DNA of 64,000 nt from the NCBI RefSeq assembly GCF_032444005.1, contig NC_091285.1:23498001-23562000 (forward strand), read 5' to 3'. The position numbers were made by a program, and so were the translations under genes. The stretch comes from Ranitomeya imitator (lineage: Eukaryota). The notes below the pieces were generated by a model, which was given only the letters and a program-made list of their open reading frames with translations, made no database searches and was not told where the DNA came from. Positions 1-13,900 of the stretch are shown here, piece after piece (position 1 is the stretch's first letter; every line of letters begins with the position of its first letter).

Positions 1-408
1 TTGTTGGTTTTTTTTTTACGGACAGCCTCTGAGGCTCTGTTGAGCAAAGGGGAACTCAAAGTGGTAGAGTAGAAAATTTGGCTCTCCATAAAATTCTGTA
101 TGGTTGGCAACCCAGGTCCATCCACAGGTCGCGGGCAGAGACAGGGAGAGATATGATACAGATAATGTTTGGGACTAGCCCACATTGGGAGAGGTTAGTG
201 CCAGGAAAGGCAGATTACTTCCTGAGTAGTCAGCGAGAAGTTGGCGAGTGAGGAGTGTGCAGTGCTGTCAAAGGGTGATCCACAGCTAGAAGGAGATGGG
301 AACTGACAGAAGAGACCGAGTGGCCTCCCACCTTAAGGGGGTCCTTGGATAGGACGACGTGTAACAAGAAACCCCGAGCTTGATGAATGCCGAAGGTACA
401 GACCTAAA

Positions 409-1210
409 GAATATATTATTTATTGATATAGCACCATTGATTCCATGGTGCTGTACATGAGAAGGGGTTACATACAAGTTACAGATATGACTTACAGTAA
501 ACAAACTAACAATGACGGACTGATGCAGAGGGGCGAGGACCCTGCCCTTGCGGGCTTACATTCTACAGGATGGTGGGGAAGGAGACAGTAGGTCAGGGGT
601 TGCAGGAGCTCCGGTGTTGGTGACGCGATAGCTCCGGTAGTGGTGATGAGGCAGCAGGGTCAGTGCAGGCTGTAGGCTTTCCTGAAGAGATGGGTTTTCA
701 GGTTCCGTCTGAAGGATCCGAATGTGGTTGATAGTCGGACGTGTTGGGGCACAGAATTCCAGAGGATGGGGGATATTCGGGAGAAGTCTTGGAGGCGGTT
801 GAGTGAGGAGCGGATAAGTGTGGAGGAGAGAAGGAGGTCTTGGAAGGACCGGAGATTACGTGAGGGAAGATATCGGGAGATTAGTTCGGAGATATATGGA
901 GGAGACAGGTTATGGATGGCTTTGTAGGTCAGTATTACTACTGTAATTTGAACTGGATACGCTGAGGGAATGGGAGCCAGTGATGAGATCTGCAGAGGGG
1001 AGAAGCGGAGGAGTAGCGAGGAGAGGGATGAATTAGTCGGGCAGCAGAGTTAAGGATGGAATGGAGAGGTGCAAGGGTGTTAGCAGGGAGGCCGCAGAGG
1101 AAGATGTTGCAGTAGTCAAGGCGGGAGATGATGAGGGCATGCACAATCATAGTAGATTGACGGTTGAGGAAAGGACAGATTCTGGAGATGTTTTTAATCT
1201 GTGGAAGTTG
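409..1210 (-). mobile_element. L2/CR1-group LINE, 3' fragment
   Basis: ORF 938-1234 gives HALIISRLDYCN...SILNSAARLI...HWLP..RIQFK (RT C-terminal region). It is followed by a FRRNLKTHLFRKAY-type end and a 3' tail ending AATAAATAAT near 409. Confidence 0.85.
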
Positions 1211-1214
1211 TTGG

Positions 1215-1362
1215 TCCTGGCCAGTCAATACCATCGGCTACTGGTGGCCTGTACTGGCACAAAGCCCTCACAACACTAACACCCAGCCAGGACCCACAAT
1301 TGAGAGTAACACGTCGGGGTGTTGGACACTCACCAACGGCTACCACCCTGGGCACCGTCACA
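1215..1362. mobile_element. Short LTR-like terminal fragment
   Basis: Ends ccctgggcaccgtcACA, similar to the end of the LTR-like insert at 3548; it abuts the 5'-truncated end of the L2 fragment. Confidence 0.35.
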
Positions 1363-1410
1363 TATAAAATAATCTATTATAGTATTGCAGCATTTTATTC
1401 AAGTGATATA

Positions 1411-1879
1411 GGCTACGTTCACATTTGCGTTGTTTGCCGCAGCGTTGTCGACGCAACGCACAACGCATGGCAAACGCATACACAACACAGCATTTTTTGA
1501 CGCATGCGTTGTGCTATGCAATTGAAGATCCAAAACGCCCCCAAAAAAATACATTTAGTCAAAAGACGCACGCGTCAAAAAACGCGGCTCAGCGCAGGCA
1601 CCTGCGCCCTATGCGTTTTTCATAGACACTAATGTGTTTTTTTTGGCGCATTTACGACGCAGGTGCGTTGCATGCGTTTTTCTTCGGAAATGTGATGCAT
1701 CAAAACTGCAACCTGTAGCGTCGTCCGCGTCCTGTCAGGTGCGCCAAAAAAACACATGCGTCATGAAACGCATGACAACGCATACGGCGCATGCCCATGC
1801 GCCCCCCATGTTAAAGATAGGGGCGCATGACGCATGCGTCGACGACGCTGTGCCCCACGGCGCAAATGTGAACGTAGCC
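1411..1879. mobile_element. PIF/Harbinger-type MITE
   Basis: Perfect 19-bp TIR ggctacgttcacatttgcg (1411-1429) / cgcaaatgtgaacgtagcc (1861-1879); TA-rich 3-bp flanks; no ORF. Confidence 0.85.
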
Positions 1880-1894
1880 TAAAAGGTTTAAATC

Positions 1895-2204
1895 TAGTGA
1901 TGAGCGAGTATACTCATTGCTCAAGTTTTCCAGAGTACGCTCGGGTGACCTCCGAGTATTTATAACTGCTCGGGGATTTAGTTTTCATCGCTTCAGTTGA
2001 ATGATTTACAGCTACTAGCCAGCTTGAATACATGTGGGGATTCCCTAGCAACCAGGCAACCCCCACATGTACTCAGGCTGGCTAATAGCTGTAAATCATT
2101 CAGCTGAGGCGATGAAAACTAAATCCCCGAGCAGTCATAAATACTCGGAGGTCACCGAGCGTGCTCTGGAAAACCCGAGCAACAAGTACACTTGCTCATC
2201 ACTA
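1895..2204. mobile_element. Palindromic (hairpin) MITE
   Basis: Termini tagtgatgagc...gctcatcacta; the two ~150-bp halves are near reverse complements. Confidence 0.85.
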
Positions 2205-2316
2205 TTTAAATCCTCGGAGTATAAAGAAAAATGTAAAAAAAAATAAAATAAAAAAGGAGAAAATGGCATAAATAGAAAAGGGATCCTGTGGAGTCAGAAA
2301 ATCTAAAATCCAATCC

Positions 2317-3548
2317 TGTACTTGAGATGCCCGCCAGGTCCGTGAGGTACTCGGTATCGGGTCCGGTCCTTTAAGGATGTGTCATGGCGGCGACGACCCG
2401 GTCCGTGGCCCTGGGCGCCCATGTTAAAGGGAAGGTCTTTAAAGGGATTTGTGAAATAATAAAAAAAAGTTAGTTTTTCCAAACAATTTTATTAACATTT
2501 TCAACCAAAACAAGACAGAGAGAGCAAGGTTAGCATAAATGCAATGGCATGAAGCAATAATAAAAGTTTGTGACGCAACCTGGGGTATTCGGTCAGGGAT
2601 GACTGATGCTGCTTAAAGAGGTCCATTGGGGTGATGTTATGGCAGCTGGGATGGTGTAGCTTCCCACAGGTGAAGCTGGGTCCCCAGGGCTCCCGATGTA
2701 GTAGATGATGATGGTAAGTGGTGCGATAAAGAACAAAGGACACAGGTTTGCAGTCTCTTTACCGGGTTTACTGATGGTAGCAGGCAGCCCCAGTCCAGGG
2801 CACCAGCTCACAGGGCAGGCAGGGGCCAGTCAGCTTAGAAGCGAGTTCAGAGTCCCTTTAACCAGGTGGAAATGAAAGCCTTCCTCTCAGCACAGTGGTA
2901 TTGTAGTCCCTGACTAAGGCTTCTGGCAACGTCCTTTCAGTTCTCTCTGTCCCCCTTTAGGTTAGGACACAAATCCGTATGGCAGGTGACTTGAGCCTTT
3001 TTACAGGGTCTCTATCACGACCCGGGCTCTATGTGTCACTGTGTCTCCTGGGTGTTAGTGCAGACAAGTTACATGTAGTCTAGCTGTCCTATCGGTTTCT
3101 GCTGTGCCTCCCAGAGTATGACACAACCTCGGTCTTCCAGTTACCGGTATCTGCGCTCTGTCAGGGAGGTAGCCCAGTCTCTGCTATTCCCCCTTATTGT
3201 CACTCTCCTGTGCTTTGCTCTCCGGCACGTTTACTACAAGCTGTTCTTCTTTCTGTATCTCGCTATCTAGGAGCTGCAGCAACTCTGGCCTCAGACTGCT
3301 CCCATCTGCTGTCTGGCACCAACTGCCTACTCTTCCCAACTGCCTAGCAACTGACTCCTCCTCTCGACCGGAGAGAGCAGCTCCCCTGAAGTTGGGTGTA
3401 GAGCTCCCCCTTCTGGCCTGGAGTCAGAATGGTGTTGTATGTGCTGATTACCTGTCAAAAGGAATCCTTCATCGCTTCCAATCGTGACATCACTCTCCCC
3501 GTGAGGAAAGCAATGCCACTGTGACAACCAGGACCCTGGGGAGTCACA
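2317..3548. mobile_element. Solo-LTR-like insert (~1.23 kb)
   Basis: Begins TGT and ends ACA (gtgacaaccaggaccctggggagtcaca); non-coding; bounded by ~43-bp direct repeats. Confidence 0.55.
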
Positions 3549-4169
3549 AAGAAAAGGGATCCTGTGGAGTCAGAAAACTCTAAAATTCAACCCTGGCTCC
3601 TGCACTCATGTGTCTTATCTCTAGTATAGGTCTGAGGAATTAATATAGTAAGTTGTTGGTTAGTTGCTAAGCAACCTGGAAACCAACTAGGCCCAAAGCC
3701 TGGCAATAAACAAAGCATAGTAAATCACTAACCCAACCTGGCTTATAAATAGGATTAAAGTGATTAATCATTTCTCAAGCAGCAAACTATGTCACGGATT
3801 GACTAAAGCCTATACGGGGCTCTCTTTTTGATGTGCGACGATTTTGATATGTCTTCCGTGTATTCACAGAGAACACATCTAGGAGAGTCCATGATCCCTA
3901 GAACCGTCTCTTAATTTTTCTTTCCCAACTATATATTTTCTTACAAATACAATTTTTTTTTTTTTTAGATGTTACCTCCATTACCATAAAATGTCACTTT
4001 TTCACAAGTTGTTCTAGGTCACAGTTGAAAACGTATTTTACGTAACGCTGAGATGCTGCGTCATCGGACAGAGCCCCGGCATCCAAACGAACATTCAGGA
4101 CCATGAGCTGAAAGAGACACAGTCTGGGGAAAAATTCTTACAGATTATCCAGCTGTTAATACTAGAAAC

Positions 4170-5005
4170 CTTGCCATTTTTCATTTTTGTTTTTTCCTCC
4201 CCCTCTTCCAAGAAAACTTTTATTTTTCCATCAATATAGCCGTATAAGGGCTTGGGTTCTTTTTTTGCAGGACGAGTTCTACTTCTGAATGACACCATTG
4301 GTTTTACCATACAGTGCAGAAGAAAATGGGAAAAAAAATTCCAAGTGCGGTGAATTGGAACAAAAAAAAACAACAACAAACAAACAAAGAAACAAAAAAA
4401 AAAAAAAAGTACAATTCCACGATTCATTTTTTGTGTTTTTTATTTATTTATTTATTTTTTTTTATCATGTTCACTATATGGTAAAACAGACCGGTCCGTA
4501 TGATTCCCCAGGTCGAAAAAAAATAAAATTGGGAAATTTGTTAAAATAAATAAATAAATAATTAGGAGTAGGTCTTTATTTTCCAAAACCTGTAGTGTTT
4601 TTCATTTTTCAGGATCTGGGGCTGGGTGAGGACTTATCTTTTGCGCCCTGAGCTGTCGTTTTTATTGATATCATTTTGGGGTTGATAGAATGTTTTGATT
4701 GCCTCTTATTGCGATGGCTAAAAAACAAAAAAAAAACAATTCTGGCTTTTTTTTCTTGTTCCGTTGTTCATGTGACAGGGGCACCGATGGGCGGGATTTG
4801 TGGCACGCTTCCGATTGGACAGTGTTAAATCCCGCTGTCAATGATTGACAGCGGGATTTAACAGGTCAAGAGCTGCGGGTGGAGAACCGGGTCGTTAAAG
4901 GCACTTGATGGCTGATCAAATCAAGTGCGGGGAAAGACGCGGGCTCAGCGTCGGGGACATGGACACGACCTTAGATGTCAATATACTTCAAAGGTTATGA
5001 AAGGG
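4170..5005. mobile_element. Degraded piggyBac-like non-autonomous element
   Basis: Right end aaagGG|TTAA at 5005-5009; internal motifs shared with the elements at 12818-17542 and 43058-43800; left boundary approximate. Confidence 0.5.
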
Positions 5006-5777
5006 TTAAACACACAGTCTCCCATTAAGGTGCCTTCAAACATAGCATTTTTGGTGAAAAAAAAAAAACCAAACAAATATATTTTAAGTGGTGGTTTGGG
5101 TTTTATTGGGGACGAAAAAAAAAAAAAAAAACTGTACAACCACGATTTTTCAAGCCATTTTTTTTCCCCATATGTGTTTTGTGTTCGTGCCTTTTTTTTT
5201 TTCCAAAATCACACGTTGTTGGTATAGTGGGGAACTTTTTTTTTGGGCGGGGGGCTCCTTGAAGCTTTTCTTTCATATGCCTTCTTATTGTTCATTGTTT
5301 TTCCAGTATAATAAAAAAAAAAAATAATAAAAAAAAAGATAAAAAAAAAATAAAATTGCTTTTTGAGAGAAGATAAACAGACACCGCTTATGACAATTAA
5401 TGGCAGGTGGAGCTTTGCCGTCACGTCGCCTAATAAAAAATTAAAAAAAGGAAAAATAATGCTCCTTATAATCTGTCTCCCACATCATATTTTATTATAT
5501 TTAACATATTTCCAGTGAATAAATACATGAACACAATACAAAAAAAAAAAAGCGAGAAAACCCTCCCCAACATAAATAGCTATGGAAACAAAGGAGGATC
5601 CACACAGGAGCGGAGCTCTTCTTTGTGGGCTTCCATCAGGCACACAGGGTAATTATTAGTAATGCATTACAGGTATTCAGTATTACATGGCTCTTTGGTA
5701 TAAATTAGCAAAACACCAGTCCTGATATCATCTGTAATTCAGTATTAATAAAGCAAAAATATTTGTAGTGACTGCAG

Positions 5778-5813
<36 letters not shown>

Positions 5814-6794
5814 ACATTTAAAAGTATTTACTTTTTTTTATATTTTCACAAAACAGCGCCACTCCAGTGTATGGGCTGTGTCAGGTATTGCAGGGGGCAA
5901 AAAAAAACACCATGGTTTCTCATAAAATAAATAACTCATTTTCAAGTAATTTCTTAGCAATAGATATGTCTATGAGGTATTAGCACACTCTTCTATCAGG
6001 TGTCTCTGCCATTGCAGCTCAGTTACACTGAAATGTAGTTGATCTCCAACACCACACATGCGATTTTGGAAGAAACTAGCTATGCTTTTTTTTTTTCATT
6101 AAGTACAAATCCCTTTAACGGGTAGCAAGTTTGTCATCCATGAACTAATGTGGACATCCACCATCTGTATTTTCTCATAGTTTTGTTTAGTATTACATGC
6201 TACCAATGAACAGGATAGCACAATCCATATAAAGGATTAATCTCTACCAAAAGCGGAGTCCCTTTGTATATACCGGTACATTACTGATCCTGAGTTACAT
6301 CCTGTATTATACTCCAGAGCTGCACTCACTATTCTGCTGGTGCAGTCACTGTGTACATACATTACATTACTGATCCTGAGTTACATCCTGTATTATACCC
6401 CAGAGCTGCACTCACTATTCTGCTGGTGCAGTCACTGTGTACATACATTACATTACTGATCCTGAGTTACATCCTGTATTATACTCCAGAGCTGCACTCA
6501 CTATTCTGCTGGTGCAGTCACTGTGTACATACATTACTGATCCTGAGTTACATCCTGTATTATACCCCAGAGCTGCACTCACTATTCTGCTGGTGCAGTC
6601 ACTGTGTACATACATTACATTACTGATCCTGAGTTACATCCTGTATTATACTCCAGAGCTGCACTCACTATTCTGCTGGTGCAGTCACTGTGTACATACA
6701 TTACATTACTGATCCTGAGTTACATCCAGCAAAATAGTGAGTGCAGCTCTGGGGTATAATACAGGATGTGACTCAGGATCAGTAATGTAATGTA

Positions 6795-8430
<1,636 letters not shown>

Positions 8431-10346
8431 TACACAGTGACTGCACCAGCAGAATAGTGAGTGCAGCTCTGGAGTATAATACAGGATGTAACTCAGGATC
8501 TGTAATGTAATGTATGTACACAGTGACTGCACCAGCAGAACAGTGAGTGCAGCTCTGGAGTATAATACAGGATGTAACTCAGGATCAGTAATGTAATGTA
8601 TGTACACAGTGACTGCACCAGCAGAACAGTGAGTGCAGCTCTGGAGTATAATACAGGATGTAACTCAGGATCAGTAATGTAATGTATGTACACAGTGACT
8701 GCACCAGCAGAATAGTGAGTGCAGCTCTGGAGTATAATACAGGATGTAACTCAGGATCAGTAATATATGTACACAGTGACTGCACCAGCAGAATAGTGAG
8801 CGCAGCTCTGGGGTATAATACAGGATGTAACTCAGGATCAGTAACGTAATGTATGTACATAGTGACTGCACCAGCAGAATAGTGAGTGCAGCTCTGGAGT
8901 ATAATACAGGATGTAACTCAGGATCAGTAATGTAATGTATGTACACAGTGACTGCACCAGCAGAATAGTGAGTGCAGCTCTGGAGTATAATACAGGGGGT
9001 AACTCAGGATCAGTAATGTAATGTATGTACACAGTGACTGCACCAGCAGAATAGTGAGTGCAGCTCTGGGGTATAATACAGGATGTTACTCAGGATCAGT
9101 AATGTAATGTATATACAAATTAACTCCGCTTTACAAGTAGATCATTTCTGTACGGCCATAGATCAGCATTTATGTAATCATTCGAATTTACATATCAATA
9201 TATTAATCCAGTGTAAACCGACATTGTTCAATAAAGCTTCCAGTAAAGTCTGAAAACAGACTACGACCTCACATTTGGATACAGCTGCCTGAATACAACA
9301 ATACCATACGCTGTCAGAAACTAATGCTGGAGAGAAACAAGACTACATATACCATCATTTAAAAAAAAAAAAGGAGACAAAACATTGACCATATAATGAT
9401 GCTATTGCTTAAGAAGACAATTCATTTCCGTCAGGCGGATTGGCTGGTTAATAGAACTGTGGGATTCCGACACAGCGCCATAGAATTTGTAGTGGCCGCG
9501 CCTGGTATTACAGCTTCATTTATTGGCGTTGCAATATCAGACACAGCAAAGAGTTAAATTATGGAGCATCAGTGATCAGGCGGACTTGAATCTACTTTGA
9601 AAAAAAAAAAAAATTTGTTTTATATTTCAAATTCTTTTCTTTGAAGGAAAGGAAATTAATGTCGGGCAGAGAATCTCGTCATTATCTGCGGATGTTACCA
9701 AGCAATACAAAGAGTGTGGATGAATAATTCAGGGGCCGTGGACATTAATTTGACCTGAATGTCTCTGCCACTTTGACTGTGCAGCATTCAAGATGTCCGG
9801 AAAAAAGGAGCAGACCGGCACGGAGAACTTCTACACAACCCGTCAGTATGGAGATGAGGGTCATTTTCCATTTTGGGTCGAAAAATGGGGCACTCACCAC
9901 CGCACATTAAAATAATCTTTATCTGCGGTTCCAAAAAGTGTTTGTGTAGACAATGCGGCCGACAAGAGGTTTCGCAAGCAAGTTACGCTTCCTCTGAGCC
10001 TCAGAAGAAGCATGACTCCCAGGCGAAACGGCGGTTATTAATCCCTATCCATATAGTTTATGTGAGAGGGAGAACTACAGTTCCCAGCAAACCCTACAAG
10101 CAGAGACTTCTGCCAGAAAAAAAAAGAAAAAAAAAAATCACCTACATAGAAAAAGTTTCAGATTTCTTGGGGAAAGGGGTAAAGATGAAAATTCTCAAGA
10201 GTGAACCCGAAATAAGTGATCTAGTTATTGTATGTGATCGCTAAGAACGTGGAGTGAATCCTGAAAAAAAACAAAAAAACATTTACATTCAGTCAATAAA
10301 AAAAATAAAAATAAAATAAAAAACAGTCTTTTCGGGGGGCAGTGTC

Positions 10347-10423
10347 TCATTCAATGTTCTTGTACTTGGTAAACAGATTGTATAACACTCTCATTGTAGA
10401 CTTTAAGTCCAGATTTACGATGT
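10347..10423 (-). CDS. PARVB: PARVB exon 13, last coding exon
   Basis: [25 protein letters not shown] with TGA at 10347-10349; pyrimidine-rich acceptor. Confidence 0.95.
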
Positions 10424-10951
10424 CTGCAAAGAAGAAAGAAAAATTAGATTTTTTTTTATTATTATTTATACATTGGGGGTCTTAAAGGGGTTGTCTAGGA
10501 CTTAAGGCATCAATTTCAGATAGGTATGTAAAAGTCAACCAACACCTTAATGATAAGCGTCAGCAGCAATCTATAGCAAAAAAACGGTCTGCAGAGCGGG
10601 GACACCACAGCGCCGTACACAGTGTAGTGGCCGTTCTAGGGTATTGCAACTTAGATCCCATTCACTTCAATGGGAGCTGAACTACAGTACCTGAGAATGG
10701 CCACTATAGAGCATATGGCGCTGTGGTGTCCTCGCTCTGTACACAGTTTACTGCCGATTGTCGGTGTACGGCAGGACAGGGCGCGTCCTCCAGAACAGGA
10801 GACGCTCTTTGTAACCATTCTACAAAACATTGGATTTTTCTACACCAGACTACCCCTTTAAGGACCAGAAAGTGCACTTAGTCTATCAATACACTATATA
10901 TATTTTTTTATATTACTACACAATTTTTATTAAAAAAAAATTATATATACA

Positions 10952-10990
<39 letters not shown>

Positions 10991-13900
10991 TATACAGTTA
11001 GGTCCATATATATTTGGACAGAGACAACATTTTTCTAATTTTCGTTATAGACATTACCACAATTAATTTTAAACAAAACAATTCAGATGCAGTTGAAGTT
11101 CAGACTTTCAGCTTTCATTTGAGGGTATCCACATTAAAATTGGATGAAGGGTTTAGGAGTTTCAGCTCCTTAACATGTGCCACCCTGTTTTTAAAGGGAC
11201 CAAAAGTAATTGGACAGATTCAATAATTTTAAATAAAATGTTCATTTTTAGTACTTGGTTGAAAACCCTTTGTTGGCAATGACTGCCTGAAGTCTTGGAC
11301 TCATGGACATCACCAGACGCTGTGTTTCCACCTTTTTGATGCTCTGCCAGGCCTTCACTGTGGTGGTTTTCAGTTGCTGTTTGTTTGTGGACCTTTCTGT
11401 CTGAAGTTTAGTCTTTAACAAGTGAAATGCTGCTCAATTGGGTTGAGATCAGGTGACTGACTTGGCCATTCTAGAATATTCCACTTCTTTGCTTTAATAA
11501 ACTCCTGGGTTGCTTTGGCTTTATGTTTTGGGTCATTGTCCATCTGTAGTATGAAACGACGACCAATCAGTTTGGCTGCATTTGGTTGGATCTGAGCACA
11601 CAGTATGGCGGCTCTGAAGACCTCAGAATTCATTTGGCTGCTCCTGTCCTGTGTCACATCATCAATAAACACTAGTGACCCAGTGCCACTGGCAGCCCTG
11701 CATGCCCGCGCCATCACACTGCCTCCGCCGGGTTTATGCATGCCCGCGCCATCACACTGCCTCCGCCGTGTTTTACAGATGGTGTAGTAGCTTTGGGTCA
11801 TGAGCTGTACCACGGCTTCACCATACTTTTCTCTTTCCATCATTCTGGTAGAGGTTGATCTTGGTTTCATCTGTCCAAAGAATGTTCTTCCAGAACTGTG
11901 CTGGCTTCTTTAGATGTTTTTTAGCCTTTTTATTCTTGATGCTTATGAGTGGCTGCACCGTGCAGTGAACCCTCTGTATTTACTTTCATGCAGTCTTCTC
12001 TTTATGGTAGATTTGGATATTGATACGCCGACCTCCTGGAGAGTGTTGTTGGCTGTTGTGAAGGGGTTTCTCTCCACCATGGAGATTATTCTGCGATCAT
12101 CCACCACTGTTGTCTTCCGTGGGCGCCCAGGTCTTTTTGCATTGATGAGTTCACCAGTGCTTTCTTTCTTTCTCAGGATGTACCAAACTGTAGATTTTGC
12201 CACTCCTAATATTGTAGCAATTTCTCGGAAGGGTTTTTTCTGTTTTCTCAGCTTCGGGAAGGCTTGTTTCACCTGCATGGAGAGCTCCTTTCACCGCATG
12301 TTTACTTCACAGCAAAACCTTCCAAATGCAAGCACCACACCTCAAATCAACTCCAGGCCTTTTATCTGCTTAATTAAGAATGACATAACGAAGGGATTGC
12401 CCACACCTGTCCATGAAACAGCCTTGGAGTCAATTGTCCAATTACTTTTGGTCCCTTTAAAAACAGGGTGACGCATGTTAAGGAGCTGAAACTCCTAAAC
12501 CCTTCATCCAATTTTAAAGTGGATACCCTCAAATGAAAGCTGAAAGTCTGAACTTCAACTGCACCTGAATTGTTTTGTTTAAAATTCATTGTGGTAATGT
12601 CTATAAGCAAAATTAGAAAAATGTTGTCTCTGTCCAAATATATATGGACCTAACTGTATATATTATATATATATACACACACACACAGAACAGTCCAAAA
12701 GTTTGGACACACCTTCTCATTTAAAGAATTTTCTGTATTTTCATGACTATGAAAATTGTACATTCGCACTGAAGGCATCAAAACTATGAATTACCACATG
12801 TGGAATTATATACTTAACCCCTTTACCCCCAAGGGTGGTTTGCACGTTAATGACCGGGCCAATTTTTACAATTCTGACCACTGTCCCTTTATGAGGTTAT
12901 AACTCTGGAACGCTTCAACGGATCCCAGTGAATCTGACATTGTTTTCTCGTGACATATTGTACTTCATGACAATGGTAAAAATTCTTTGATAGTACCTGC
13001 GTTTATTTGTGAAAAAAACGGAAATTTGGCAAAAATTATGAAAATTTCGCAATTTTCCAACTTTGAATTTTTATGCAATTAAATCACAGAGATATGTCAC
13101 ACAAAATACTTAATAAGTAACATTTCCCACATGTCTACTTTACATCAGCACAATTTTGGAACCAAAATTTTTTTTTGTTAGGGAGTTATAAGGGTGAAAA
13201 GTTGACCAGCAATTTCTCATTTCTACAACACCATTTTTTTTTTAGGGACCACATCTCATTTGAAGTCATTTTGAGGGGTCTATATGATAGAAAATACCCA
13301 AGTGTGACACCATTCTAAAAACTACACCCCTCAAGGTGCTTAAAACCACATTCAAGAAGTTTATTAACCCTTCTGGTGCTTCACAGGAATTTTTTGAATG
13401 TTTAAATAAAAATGAACATTTAACTTTTTTTCACAAAAAATTTAATTCAGCTCCAATTTGTTTTATTTTACCAAGGGTAACAGGAGAAAATGGACCACAA
13501 TCATTGTTGTACAATTTGTCCTGAGTACGCCAATACCCCACATGTGGGGGTAAACCACTGTTTGGGCGCATGGCACAGCTCGGAAGCGAAGGAGCGCCAT
13601 TTGACTTTTCAATGCAAAATTGACTGGAATTGAGATGGGACGCCATGTTTCGTTTGGAGAGCCCCTGATGTGGCTAAACATTGAAACCCCCCACAAGTGA
13701 CACCATTTTGGAAAGTAGACCCCCTAAGGAACTTATCTAGAGGTGTGGTGAGCTCTTTCACCCACCAAGTGCTTCACAGAAGTTTATAATGTAGAACCGT
13801 AAAAATAAAAAATCATATTTTTTCACAAAAATTATCTTTTCGCCCCCAATTTTTTATTTTTCCAAGGGTAAGAGAAGAAATTGGACCCCAATAGTTGTTG

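Noticed and set aside
3800-4150. Possible PARVG first exons (minus-strand ATG near 3892, acceptor-like site near 4110)
   Set aside because: PARVG is expected downstream of PARVB, but the translation (MDSPRCVLCEY...) stops after 29 codons and does not resemble parvin; no consistent donor.
9519-9524. Minus-strand AATAAA as the PARVB poly(A) signal
   Set aside because: It lies in what looks like a MITE remnant and lacks a clear downstream U/GU element; the 3' end cannot be assigned without transcripts.
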